A stretch of 63,413 nucleotides of DNA, the filler included, from Stramenopiles sp. TOSAG23-2 (taxonomy: Eukaryota): the NCBI GenBank assembly GCA_900128395.1. It is 4 parts of 4 records of this genome, joined end to end, with 100 filler letters (N's around TTAATTAATTAA, not from the genome) between each part and the next. Parts side by side here need not be neighbours in the genome. Positions count along the whole stretch, not along the records: positions 31,859 to 47,612 come from LT649697.1; positions 47,713 to 63,413 come from LT649698.1; 2 more parts are not named here. One strand, given 5' to 3'. The position numbers and the translations under genes are program-made. Within the stretch, counting starts at the first letter, position 1. Each line of letters begins with the position of its first letter. The notes beneath the pieces are model-generated. The model was not told where the DNA came from and made no database searches. It saw nothing but the letters and a program-made list of their open reading frames with translations. Positions 43,847 to 55,461 of the stretch are shown here, in pieces.

Positions 43847-43952
43847 ATGATGGGCCGGTTATAAATTTATGATTTTTGAATTGGTTACAAATAGCAAGAT
43901 GAAACGCAAAGTTGGTAAACATCCACATCGAATGAAATTATCCAATTGAATG
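43747..43952. repeat. Exact tandem duplication, period 103 (probable artefact)
   Basis: ATGGGCCGGTTATA at 43747 and 43850. Confidence 0.9.
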
Positions 43953-44329
43953 GACAATTGGATTTGCGATATTTGCCATCGAGATTCCAGTTTGAAAGGA
44001 AGTAATGGAAAAAGAAGGGTAAATCGTTATCGTTGTGCAAATGGATGTGGTGATTTTGATTATGGTTATAAAAAGTATAGTTGCAACTACATAAAACGCA
44101 GTTCTTAATAACAGGCACATAGCACTGCTGAAAGCAATGAAACAAAAGATACATATACATGAATAAATGGAATTCGATTTCAAACAATGAATTAAAAGTT
44201 ATATACATCATAAGAAAACATACTTTTATAAAATTGTATATATATAGAATTCATAATATATAATAATATATAAAACAAGATTGTATTAAATAAAAACTAC
44301 ATATACATATTTAATTCATTTACATTAAG

Positions 44330-46946
44330 ATGTTTACAAAAACTACTGTTATTTTATTAGTCTTGCTATTTGCATCTTCCAATGGAACACCTGCTGTGAA
44401 ATGGGAATTTCGCGGTCCGACGACTTATTATACACGTGACGATGATTTGAAAATAACCAGTGCTGGGGCAATTCAAGATGTAGCAGCTGGTGCAGATAAT
44501 ACTTGGTTTGTTGGTAGTGTTAATGGTGGTATATGGAGAAGTAAAAATTTGCAAGAGAAAGTGCCGCATTGGGAAAATGTCCTTGATAAACAACCAGGGA
44601 TTACTTGCAGTTCAATAGCTGCATTGCACGTTTCAACAATTGATGCCAAAAGAATATATGCTGGTTGTGGTGGTTCAACTTCCAGTGAACAAGGTTCTGA
44701 TTGGAATGTATTAAATTCTGGTGATTGGTCTGGTATTATGAATTCTAATGATGGTGGCGAAACGTGGTCTATGATCAATGGCTTTCCAATGAATTATTAT
44801 GTTACTGCAATTTATGAAGTGGAGGCAAATGTAATATTAGTAGCTGCACAATCAAATTTATTTAATAAAAATGATGGTGGAATATGGCGCTATGATATCA
44901 ATAAAGATGAATTGAAAAAAGTAAGCAATATACCAACATTTACTTTGACAGCTACTTTAACAGATTCTATCGTAGCCACACATGCACGAAATTCAGAAAA
45001 TAGTGTATCAATAACAACTGATGGTGGGAAAAGTTTCGAAGATTATGGTAAATTACAATGGACAGAAGGTACGTATCCATTTTATACCTGCGCTGCTATG
45101 ATGAAATAGTGTATCAATAACAACTGATGGTGGGAAAAGTTTCGAAGATTATGGTAAATTACAATGGACAGAAGGTACGTATCCATTTTATACCTGCGCT
45201 GCTATGATGAAAAATGGTGATTTGATAGTTGCTGGATTAAATACTGAAAGTGCCAATGTATCTGCAACTAGTTCACAATTTTTTGTAAAACGAAAAGGGG
45301 CAAGTGATTGGATGGAGCTTCCTGGACAACCAACATCTATGGATGAAGATGGCATGCCAAAAGACAGAATGGCAATATTAGGAGATCCGATGGTGCCTGA
45401 TCTAATGTATGTTGCTGGTAATGCTGGAGCATTGGCTTGGCGTGTCAATACGACGATTGGAGAATGGGAAAAAATGTGGGATATGCCAGATGTACCAGAC
45501 GGTTCATTACCACATGGTGATTGTAGAAATTATGCATGGGATCATGAAACAAATCGTCTCGTATTAACCAGTGATGGTGGTGTTTTTGTGCGAGAAAATC
45601 CAAGAGAACGTGGTGGAAAATGGTATAGTTTAAATGGTGATTATCAATCGATGGAATTATTGTCTGCCCATTATGATAACAGGGAAAAACGTTTTGTGAT
45701 GGGAGCGCAAGATAATTGTGCCCAAGTAACGAAACCAAATGCTGAACCAACTGATGTTGCTGTAGGTTTCGTGGAAGGTGATGGTACTGTTACCTTAATT
45801 GATAATGTTCATAATCCAGCCAGATTATTTGGTACAACTCAATTTTTAGGTGTCGGAACGATATCTATCGATCCGACAACAACGACTACTGGAACGGACT
45901 TGAAAGATGATGATGATGATGATTGTGGAGGTCTTTGTTTTGTACAAGGTGACAAATTTATTAATGTACCAATTGATGTATACTTTCCAGAACCAAGTTC
46001 ATTTCCATATTTTGTGCAACCATACGCTTTAAACGCACAAAATTCAAGTGAATTATTCTTTTGGACCAATGGCACTTCTACACGAAAAAGTGCATTTTAT
46101 AAGTTTATCATACCAGATGATGTGCAAAGCAAAAAAGATATACCTGCACCAGAACTTGTACTAGTAACTCCAGAGGATAGTTTCTTCCTAGAGTTTGTAA
46201 CTGGCGGGTTTACTGAAGGGAAACCGGATCAAGAGCTTTTAATTGGGATGAGTAATACAGATTTATATGTTAGAAATGCAAATACAGATGGAAAAATGAT
46301 TAAGCGTCCTTTACCTACAACATTTGCTGTTCCAGTGACATTGCCATATGATGAAACAGATAAAGGAGCACGCATATTGGGCCCAGTAACTCATGGAAGA
46401 ACAGTTTCAATGGCTGTGTCTCCTTCCGATTCAAACGTAATTGCAGTTACAGGTTGGCCATCTGTTGAAGAAAATAGTGTAAACGAAGAGGTATGGGTAA
46501 CTACAGATGGTGGAATGACATGGCATGAAGTTACGAATAATTTAAGACAAGCATGTGGGGTTGTAGGTATTGTACGACCAGGTGGTTTGTTAATTGTTGA
46601 TTTACTTGAAAATAAAGCAAGAGCATTACTTGTAAGCACTAGTAACGGTGTTATGGTTTCGTATTTACCATTAACATTTTCCAGCAATGATGAAAATGAT
46701 GTTGAATGGGGACGATTTGGAAGCACAGATGAATTTCCAATTGTATTGACAAGTGCTTTGAGTTATGAACATTACAGTGATACATTAGTTGCAGCAACAT
46801 TTGGTCGTGGTATCTATTCATTATCAAACGCGAAAGAAGCATTGTTGGATGTATTGTATTCAAAAGCATATAATCATAATAATGTTGGTAGTAATAAACG
46901 TGTGAAAGAAGAATTAAGTAGTAAATATTTCCCACCACAAAAGTAG
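44330..46946 (+). CDS. Secreted BNR/Asp-box beta-propeller (GH74/sortilin/sialidase-like); one 836-aa gene split by a 106-bp duplication
   Basis: Signal peptide; Asp boxes SNDGGETW, TTDGGKSF and TTDGGMTW; NGGIWRS; LVAATFGRGIY. Removing one copy of the duplication at 44998-45212 (period 106) gives a 2511-nt frame. Confidence 0.8.
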
Positions 46947-47261
46947 TTTTGCGAAATATTATTATATACGTATACGTACCGTACTGGAAAATACAAATCT
47001 ATGGATAGGTATTATTAATATATGACTAGGCATGTGAATATTAAACAGTATCATACAAAGTATTTCTGCAGTAGCTAATATTGTTAATCAAGGAGAGAAT
47101 GAGAGAGGGAGTGTATAGAGTGTAAAATTTCTTGTTCCACAATCATTTTTATATTATATTTAATTTAAAAAAAAAAATATACTTCGTAAAATATTAATAA
47201 AAAACATATATATTATATAATATTAATATATTACATTTTATACACTTTTTGTAAATTTTTT

Positions 47262-47612
47262 TTATCGACTACTATGAATATTTAATTTATTCTCCATTGC
47301 CCGAATATAATCATCAAAATCATTGTCATTGTCATAACTACCACTATTATTATTTTGCCCAATAATATCATATTCTGCTGCGTCATAATTACCATTAGTT
47401 TGTTGAAGTTGTCGAAAGTAGAAATCATCTGGTGAATTATTATTATTATTATTATTATTATGGTTGCTGTTGGTGTACATAAAAGAAGTAGATGATTTAT
47501 CATATGAATCATAATAATTATTGCGATTTCCACCATTATCACTATAAGAAGATGATGCATATTTTCTTTCATTCATACTTTGTTTCAAAAGCAAATGAGG
47601 AAATTTTCGAGT
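47262..47612 (-). CDS. 3' fragment of an Asn/Asp-rich hypothetical protein
   Basis: Low-complexity frame ending at 47262, convergent with the propeller gene and close to the contig edge. Confidence 0.45.
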   Translation of the reverse strand, partial: TRKFPHLLLKQSMNERKYASSSYSDNGGNRNNYYDSYDKSSTSFMYTNSNHNNNNNNNNSPDDFYFRQLQQTNGNYDAAEYDIIGQNNNSGSYDNDNDFDDYIRAMENKLNIHSSR

Positions 47613-47712
47613 NNNNNNNNNNNNNNNNNNNNNNNNNNNNNNNNNNNNNNNNNNNNTTAATTAATTAANNNNNNNNNNNNNNNNNNNNNNNNNNNNNNNN
47701 NNNNNNNNNNNN
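47613..47712. other. Artificial contig linker N44-TTAATTAATTAA-N44
   Basis: Same 100-bp linker. Confidence 0.98.
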
Positions 47713-47885
47713 TATACATGTTTATTTATATGACACATTTAATGACCTAGTTGGTGACCCTACAGAGGCAAGGAAAACAAATTTGAGATTATAACACCAA
47801 GCAATAATAATAACAACAACGTAGCCTCACATTCGAGTAGCAATACAAACAATAAGAACAAAAGAATAATAAGAGAGTACGAAGT

Positions 47886-48443
47886 ATGCAAGTAATAACA
47901 ACAACATCGACCAGAATTCTGTGTTGTAAAAATATAAAAAATTTAATAAAAAAAGAAATTATATACGAAGATGTAGAAGTATCCAGTGATCTACTTTTAT
48001 TTCCAGAACAAAAAAATGTAAGAGAAAATTTTGTCACCACGTTTAATTTACATGTGTTATGGGATAATTATATGAAGAAACTTATAAATATTGTAGAAGA
48101 AAATTGTCCACCATTGTATATTGCTAAAAGACGACTTGCACATGATAAGTTTGTAACAAATCATTATTTAAATATATGGAATAATTCAAATTTAGTAGAT
48201 GTTGCAAAAGATCTACCAATACGCACACAGATTATAATAGCAAAAGATGATCCATTAAGTACAAAGGAAAAGGCAGAGACGTTATTAGATTTATTCGCGA
48301 AGAAAAAGTCTGTCCTTGGAATATATGAACCAAAATGTAGTAAACTTGTAATCTTAAAAAATTCAACATGTGGCCATTTATCGTTATTGACAAATGTAGA
48401 TGAAATTAAAACAATAATTGTTAATTATTTACCAAAAATGTGA
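47886..48443 (+). CDS. C-terminal part of a possible alpha/beta-hydrolase; 5' region disrupted or truncated
   Basis: PIRTQIIIAKDDPL (acid) and LVIL..STCGHLSLL (His). Upstream coding-like sequence switches frame several times. Confidence 0.45.
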   Translation: MQVITTTSTRILCCKNIKNLIKKEIIYEDVEVSSDLLLFPEQKNVRENFVTTFNLHVLWDNYMKKLINIVEENCPPLYIAKRRLAHDKFVTNHYLNIWNNSNLVDVAKDLPIRTQIIIAKDDPLSTKEKAETLLDLFAKKKSVLGIYEPKCSKLVILKNSTCGHLSLLTNVDEIKTIIVNYLPKM

Positions 48444-48837
48444 AATAAAGAAGACAGAAACTATAATATATTATTAAGTAATTATAGCCAAATGCATTCC
48501 GTGGCCATATACTATATATGGTCCAAATATTAGTAGTTTCGAACTAAAATTGTTTGAAATGCAGTATTATATTATAAAGAAATATAATATAGAGCATAGA
48601 AATAACATTATTTCAGCTTAATAGCAGGTCAATATCATGTATAGGACAAGCACATACAAGCGATAGTGCGTTTTTTTCGCAAAACCACACTATCTGTGGT
48701 ATGCACGTATGCACGTATGTGCAATACATAGATATATAATATTTTAGATTATATATATTTCACACACATCATATAATTGAAAAAATAGTAATCCCAAGCT
48801 CCCGCTTCCTACTTCAACAAATAACGACATAATCAAA

Positions 48838-51441
48838 ATGAACAATTTCAACGGTATAAAATCGAAATTAGAAAGAGCCAAAGAATTGGATGGTGTATTA
48901 AGACAAAAGAGTATGGAAAGAATGAATTATTGCAAGCATGAATTCAGAAAAAAACTGATTCAACAACAAAGTCAAAGATTGCAATTGAATGAAACAGGCT
49001 TTGAAGCGTTGTATAACAATCTCGATGCGTTTATGGAAAGAAAACGGGAGAAAGCCAAAAACAGTATGGTAGAGCCACTATTAAATAAGTTTTGTCCTGA
49101 AATAAAGATTGTTTCTCCTAGAGTAGTTCTTGGAAAAAATTGGCAAAAGTTCTTGACATGTTCTGAAAAAAATAAAAATAAAAACAAATTAACTCCTCCG
49201 TTTCTGATGGCACGTCGACCACGAATTGTATTGGACGGTATTTTAGAAGGTTATTGTGCAGGCATGGATGGAACAACAGGTGGTAATTGGCCAGTTGATG
49301 GGTTTTGGAGTTATCAGTTTGAAAAGTTTGGACGGGCTGTTGATTTAAAGTCAAATAATAATACTATTAATAATATACGCAATCCAGCAGAATTTAATAT
49401 TCTTGTGAAACTCTTGGAAAAAAAAAAGTGTGACATTGAGAAAGAAATGCGAAGTCCAATTGTTTTAAACAAATTAATATCTCATGCAAAAAAGATAATA
49501 AGCACGGAAGATACAGATAGAAACATCAATCATAAATTAAATTCAACGTTGAAAGTTTTGGATGTTGGTTGTGGGAAAGGTAGATGGTTAGGAATGGCAT
49601 CAACAAACTTACGAAAAGAAATTGAAACAAATCTATCTACGTTATATTGTGTATTGGTAGAGAACATAGTGGAAGATGAACAACAACAACGATGTAAATG
49701 GAAAATTCAAGATTTTACATGGGGGGAAGGAGCAAAAAATGCAAAGAAGAATGCCGAAGAAGATAAAATGAAAATTACAATCCAAGTTGATATAAGTTGG
49801 TTTCCCTCACGGAAAATGCCCAGTAATAACGACAAGAAAACTTTTCTTTGGCATGGTATTACTGGAGGTAATAAACTTTTCTCAGACGGTGGCAATAATG
49901 CAAGATTACTTGATCCATCATGTAATACAATATTGTACGATTATGGTACAATGTGTGGTAAAGACGCATTGGTATTAGGACTGAAACAAGCGGAAACTCG
50001 CCTTCGTAAAGATTTGCAACAAAAAAAAGAGCGTATTGCTATGATTAAAGAGGATTTGAGTAAACATCGCAATAATGGTTTTCATGAATTGCAAGCAGAG
50101 AAAAGTGCTCGATTGGTTTGGAATATCAACCGAAATTTAGACAATAGAATATACGGAGGAAAGAAAAAAGAGAAAACAAAAGAAGAAAAAAATTTAGAAG
50201 ATTGTGCATGGAACGTATATAGAAAAGCGAAAGAAGAGGAAGGTATCCAAAAAGAATTAATGGAACTTGAATATTCATCTGCAACAGTACTACAATGGGT
50301 CCCTTTTGAAACGCCTAGTTCTATCCCAATCGAACCGATTTTCCAACAAGGCAAAGTTTGCCAAAACAACTGTTACGATCTCATAGTCTCATCATGGACA
50401 TTTCGACATTTATCCGATCCTCTTGGATCATTAGAATTCTATGCCAATCTTTTATCTCGAGGTGGAGAAATGTATATAAATGGATTTATGATGAACGTAG
50501 TAGAACCAGGAAATAACATTTTGATAAGTGAAGAAGTTTATGAGGAAGATATGAACGAAGCAATACCAAAAATATTTTGCAATGATCTTTGCGATTTATG
50601 TATGAGTGATATCATTCCAGGTAATGAAATTGATACTATGTTGGCAGAAGATGAATGCATGGAACTAGGATTAATTTTAATTACTGAACGACCATCAACA
50701 AAATTAGATTGCAAGGAAGAACAAGAAGAAGAAGAAGAAGGAAATTTAAAAAAGAAAGAGGATGAAAACAAAAGTGTCAAATATGTTAAGGAAAGTTGTA
50801 ATAAAACAAGGTCAAATATAGTAGAAAATGTAAATGTGAAAGAGCAATTACAAAATATATCAGAACGTGATATATTGGCAAAAGCTCGTGCTACCGTCAA
50901 TGAGAGTGCAGGTTTACTTGCAAATAGCATCTTGGACCTATCATATCCAAGCAAGCAAGTGTATGCTACGGCTGATAAGGACAAAAAAGAGGGAAAAAAA
51001 ACGGTTAATGATAAAGAAAAGCATCAAAATATATGGAGGGAAGAAATGTCAGATGGTGAAAAGAAGAGAATCGAAAGACGTGAAAATGCTAAAAGAAAAG
51101 GTGCTATGAATAGGATGGTGCGTGCAATTTCCAAATTAAATGCGTTTGGAAGAAAAACGGGTGCTTTTACATTGGAATTAGATTATGTGGAAGTTAATAA
51201 ACACAATGAAACGAAGAAAGACTACGAAGAAGATTTTGATTTTGGTAGTATCACATACCGTACTGCATTAAAGTTTGTTCGTCATAATGACATATCTTCT
51301 ATTCGATTTGGAGATATGGTAGAATATGTCGGGTTAGCTCGATCAGATGATACTTTGTATCCCTTTAATAAACGAAGGCGTAATAATTATAATCTTAAAC
51401 GGGTGCCAACAAGGTGTGTGTATTACATCGAGGGAGATTAA
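48838..51441 (+). CDS. Class I SAM-dependent methyltransferase domain protein with large insertions
   Basis: LKVLDVGCGKG and YDLIVSSWTFRHLSDP...NLLSRGGEMYI in an 867-aa ORF. Confidence 0.72.
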   Translation: MNNFNGIKSKLERAKELDGVLRQKSMERMNYCKHEFRKKLIQQQSQRLQLNETGFEALYNNLDAFMERKREKAKNSMVEPLLNKFCPEIKIVSPRVVLGKNWQKFLTCSEKNKNKNKLTPPFLMARRPRIVLDGILEGYCAGMDGTTGGNWPVDGFWSYQFEKFGRAVDLKSNNNTINNIRNPAEFNILVKLLEKKKCDIEKEMRSPIVLNKLISHAKKIISTEDTDRNINHKLNSTLKVLDVGCGKGRWLGMASTNLRKEIETNLSTLYCVLVENIVEDEQQQRCKWKIQDFTWGEGAKNAKKNAEEDKMKITIQVDISWFPSRKMPSNNDKKTFLWHGITGGNKLFSDGGNNARLLDPSCNTILYDYGTMCGKDALVLGLKQAETRLRKDLQQKKERIAMIKEDLSKHRNNGFHELQAEKSARLVWNINRNLDNRIYGGKKKEKTKEEKNLEDCAWNVYRKAKEEEGIQKELMELEYSSATVLQWVPFETPSSIPIEPIFQQGKVCQNNCYDLIVSSWTFRHLSDPLGSLEFYANLLSRGGEMYINGFMMNVVEPGNNILISEEVYEEDMNEAIPKIFCNDLCDLCMSDIIPGNEIDTMLAEDECMELGLILITERPSTKLDCKEEQEEEEEGNLKKKEDENKSVKYVKESCNKTRSNIVENVNVKEQLQNISERDILAKARATVNESAGLLANSILDLSYPSKQVYATADKDKKEGKKTVNDKEKHQNIWREEMSDGEKKRIERRENAKRKGAMNRMVRAISKLNAFGRKTGAFTLELDYVEVNKHNETKKDYEEDFDFGSITYRTALKFVRHNDISSIRFGDMVEYVGLARSDDTLYPFNKRRRNNYNLKRVPTRCVYYIEGD

Positions 51442-52091
51442 CATGTTTGGGTGAAGAAGAACCAAAATTTACTCTTAAAATCTCTGTTTTTTGGTATATA
51501 TTTATATGATGAAACATAATTACTGTATTATATAATATCTATATAGTTGCGCTAATCGATTGTAAAATAGTTCTTCATATCAGGTATATGGTGGTATACG
51601 TGGTGGTGTTGGTGGGATTGATTTTCTCTCTATCTTTCATTATGCAATAGTATGCACACAGCACTATACATCTTTCACTTTGATTTTTAGAAAAAAATAA
51701 ATAAAATAAAAGTTGCAAACAAAAACAAAATCCTGTTTCTCGCAAACACGAATAGCTAGCAAGGCTAGCATGGGATTAGCATTGGAATCCGAGAAGCCAC
51801 CAATCAACCACTTGGATATTGTAACATTACCATATGGCATACTATTAATACAATATACAAAAGAAAGATATACACACATCTCAGTTAGGAAAAATAGAAT
51901 ATATAATACAAATATCGGATAACAACAAGAATAAAAAGAAGCAGCAAATATACATCATTATAACGAGGAAATAAAAGCTATTGTATTTCCATTTTATATA
52001 CGTAGAAAATAATATAGAATATATTTAATAATATTATAGTATTTTTTTCTGGTCAAATCGAATTATTAATTTTAAAAAAGCGTAATTCGAC

Positions 52092-53832
52092 ATGAACACT
52101 AACAATGATTCGTTATCGATACCAAATAATATTTTGCTCCAACATGAACATGCTCTTAAAGTTTTGAATTTGACCATGAATATGGGTGACTCGTCAATGA
52201 ATGGCACAAATAGTAGTGCTTTGAGTGGTAACAATACTATTGGAGAACAACAATATCAACAAGAGGAACCACAATCAAACTCGCATGATAATAGTAATTA
52301 TATTGATTTTTCGGAAACAAACAAGCAATATGGAAATCATTTTAATGCTAAAAATGATGTACCAACGCCGCCATTACCAGCTACAGAAGAGCAAAAGGAA
52401 TCGAAATCTTATGAGCCGGTACAATTGCGTTTTAATTCCGCATCATTATTAAAATCTTCTACCGCCATGGAAAAATCAGCAAGAGGTCCTGTGGACATGA
52501 ATAATAGTTCCAAAAATGGAGATAGTAGCATACCAATGCCTTGTTTGTGGTAAAATAACACAATCAACACCTGGTTTGAAGCATCATGTAACAGTCATGC
52601 ATCCAACTTGCGAATTCGTCAGGTATGGCGGTGGCGCAAGTAATAATGTTTTACCCCAACCTTTGAAGAAGAGTCACAAAAATAGCAAGCAGCACAATGA
52701 TAATAATAGTAATAATACGAATTTTGGTAACTTTGGTAATGTTGGCAATTTTGCAAATAATATGCATCCAAACTTTAGCAATAATAATATGAATATGATG
52801 CCAAACATGTATTACCAAGGAAATAGCAATACGAATCTTAATAATAATATGAATCTCAATAATGGAGTTAGAAATTCGTATGCAAATTTTCCCAGTGGAA
52901 CTGTTAGTAATCGTAACGTGATGATGCCGCCTCCACAAAAACATGAAAATCTAAACAAATTAAATAAAAAAAAATCCAAGAAGAAAAGTTCAGCTTCAAC
53001 ACAACAAATAATTAAACCAAGGCGAAAGCGTAAGCGTAAGAAGGAACCAGTCATACCAGAAGTGCCAAAAGGAGAACCAGATGAAGAACATCACATTAAA
53101 ATGATGGAAATTAGCACGACATGCCCATTTTGTTTCAAAGTATTTGGTCGACCACAGGCGTGTGGAATGCATAAGAAATATTGTAAATCAAATCCTTTTA
53201 AAGGTTTACCGACAGGTGATCGATGGAGAAAAGGCTTAGGCGCCCCAACTAAACCTGTTAAGCTTGGAAGGCCTTTAAAATTCAAAAATGGAACTAACTT
53301 TGATAAGGGAAATAATGGTGGCAAAGCATCAGCTCCACCAAGTAAAGAGCTTAAGAAATTGGTGGGCAAACACGTGGAAGTATATTGGAAAGACGATGAC
53401 GCTTGGTATCCAGGAAAGTTGGTGAAGATAGATAATGAAACAGGTAAATTTGACATCATTTATGATGATGGATATCAAGAGGCAGACCTTGATTTACGTA
53501 ATGAGATGTATCGAATAGTAGTCGATAGTAATCGTGGCAACAAGCAAAACGCCACTAGTAATAGTACTGGTGCCGCTTTACAAGAAGTACCTTTACCTCC
53601 TGATACGTTTATCGCGGAAAGAATTCTAGATACAAGACCACGTAAAGATGGAGTTCAAGGACAAGAATACTTGGTCAAATGGAAAGATTCAGATGAAAAG
53701 ACTTGGGAGCCCAGTGAAAATATTGTTTCACCAGCGTTGTTACATAATTATTACACAAGTCCCGAATTTCAAAATAAAATAAGTAGCAACAATAATGGCG
53801 CAAAGACACAAGCAAGTGGATCACTTCTGTGA
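52092..53832 (+). CDS. Chromatin-reader protein (C2H2 ZnF, C2HC ZnF, AT-hook, Tudor, chromodomain); ORFs 52092-52553 and 52516-53832 are probably one frameshifted gene
   Basis: YQCLVCGK..GLKHHVTVMH; CPFC..HKKYC; KLGRPLK; LVGKHVEVYWKDDDAWYPG..YDDG; AERILD..EYLVKWK...TWEPSENI. Confidence 0.8.
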
Positions 53833-54444
53833 AATGATCAGTAAAAAGAAGAATTGAAAAGATTAAATGTGTGTGTGTGTGTGTGCGTGTGTATTAGCTT
53901 GAGATGAAATATATTTTACATGCATACCCGTTCAATTAAAAAAATTGGTAAAAAATATATTTTTTTTAAATTTTAATATAATATTATTTTAAATATTAAA
54001 AAAAATATGCATACGAGAGTACATAAAAATATGCACAGATAATATTTTAGGAGAGAGAAGTACACGGTAAAAAATACGAAACCGTCCGTACGTAAGAAAA
54101 CAATTAATTTTTTTTTTAAAATGAGAGAAGTATTCGTACTACTAAATATATACGTATTCGTAAATACTAGCGCGTGGGTTTACAAAATTTGTATTATGCG
54201 CGTGTTAAAAATAAAAAATCACGCTCTAAAAAATTCAGCATTCTTTTTTGACATTCAAGTGTCATCTCTCTCATACACATCACACACACACACCTCTCTC
54301 GTCCAAATTTTCATAAAAATAAATACGTCGTACAAAAGGCGCTTTCTACGAAGTCTGTAGCATGTAAAAATAAATATTCCTACATGTATATATATAGATA
54401 ATGAGCATATCAATTAGTATTATAAATATCGCGATACTTTTTTG

Positions 54445-55461
54445 TTATACAGCAACTTGGAATGATTGTCCTGCTTGCATACCCATTGGTACTGTCACCA
54501 TCATTTGACCTTTACCTGGCACGTTGATAATAATTTGTTGTCCTCCCATTACTCCATACGGTACTGTTACTGCTAAACGTTGTTGTTGTACTGCTTGTTG
54601 CATTGGTTGTTGCATACCCATGCCACCGCCATACATATTTGCACCACCACCACCATACATCGGTTGCATACCATTACTCATCATTCCCGCTTGCTGCTGC
54701 ATCATTTGCTGCTGCTGCTGTTGTTGCAACTGCGCTTGCAACTGTGCTTGTTGTTGCTGCTGCTGTAACATTGCTTGTTTTTGTGCTGCCTGTTGTTGCA
54801 ACTGCGCTTGCAACTGTGCTTGTTGTTGCTGCTGCTGCAACATTGCTTGTTTTTGTGCTTCCATCTGCTGCTGCTGCTGTTGCATCATCATCTGTTGCTG
54901 CATCACTGCAGCATTTTGCATACCCATTGCGCCACCACCTAATTGGTTATTTAGAATATTTTTACCAATTTGTCCGTGCATATTTTGCCTCTGTTGCTGT
55001 TGTGGATCTTGTTTGTAAAGCTTCATTTTAATTTCACCTGAAAGCTTCCTTTTCTTGTTGTATATTTGAAACCATTGATCGACTGGCTTTCCAAAAGTCA
55101 AATTACCCAGAGGTATTTCTACGTGACCAATAAGGTTGTCACTCATTGTATTGCTGTTCATACATTGTACTAAAATCTTATTTTCCCCTATGTATTTAAA
55201 TATTATTTTTTGGTTCCATATTGCGTGTTTACCACCATCTTCATGAACACGTGTTTTTTGCATTGTTTTTCCTAAAGTTAGCTTCACATATGGATCTTGT
55301 GTACCAAATGTTTGAGTGCTATATACATGTAAAGTATTTTATGAAAGAAATGTTAGAAACTATTGTGAAATATTAAATATATGAGTGTATTTATAAAAAT
55401 AATATACTTACTTTTGCAATTTCCTCGCTTGCTCAACTTCTACAATTAACCGTATTGACAT
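54445..55461 (-). CDS. C2-domain protein with a Gln/Met-rich region; exons 55461-55412 and 55318-54445 (307 aa)
   Basis: Spliced start MSIRLIVEVEQARKLQN|TQTFGTQDPYVKL..KTRVHEDGG..WNQ is a typical C2 domain. GTAAGT...TAG intron 55411-55319 keeps the frame. Confidence 0.88.

Noticed and set aside
54524..55031. Cys-rich and Ala/Val-rich plus-strand ORFs (metallothionein-like)
   Set aside because: Antisense shadows of the CAG/CAA poly-Gln tract of the C2 gene.
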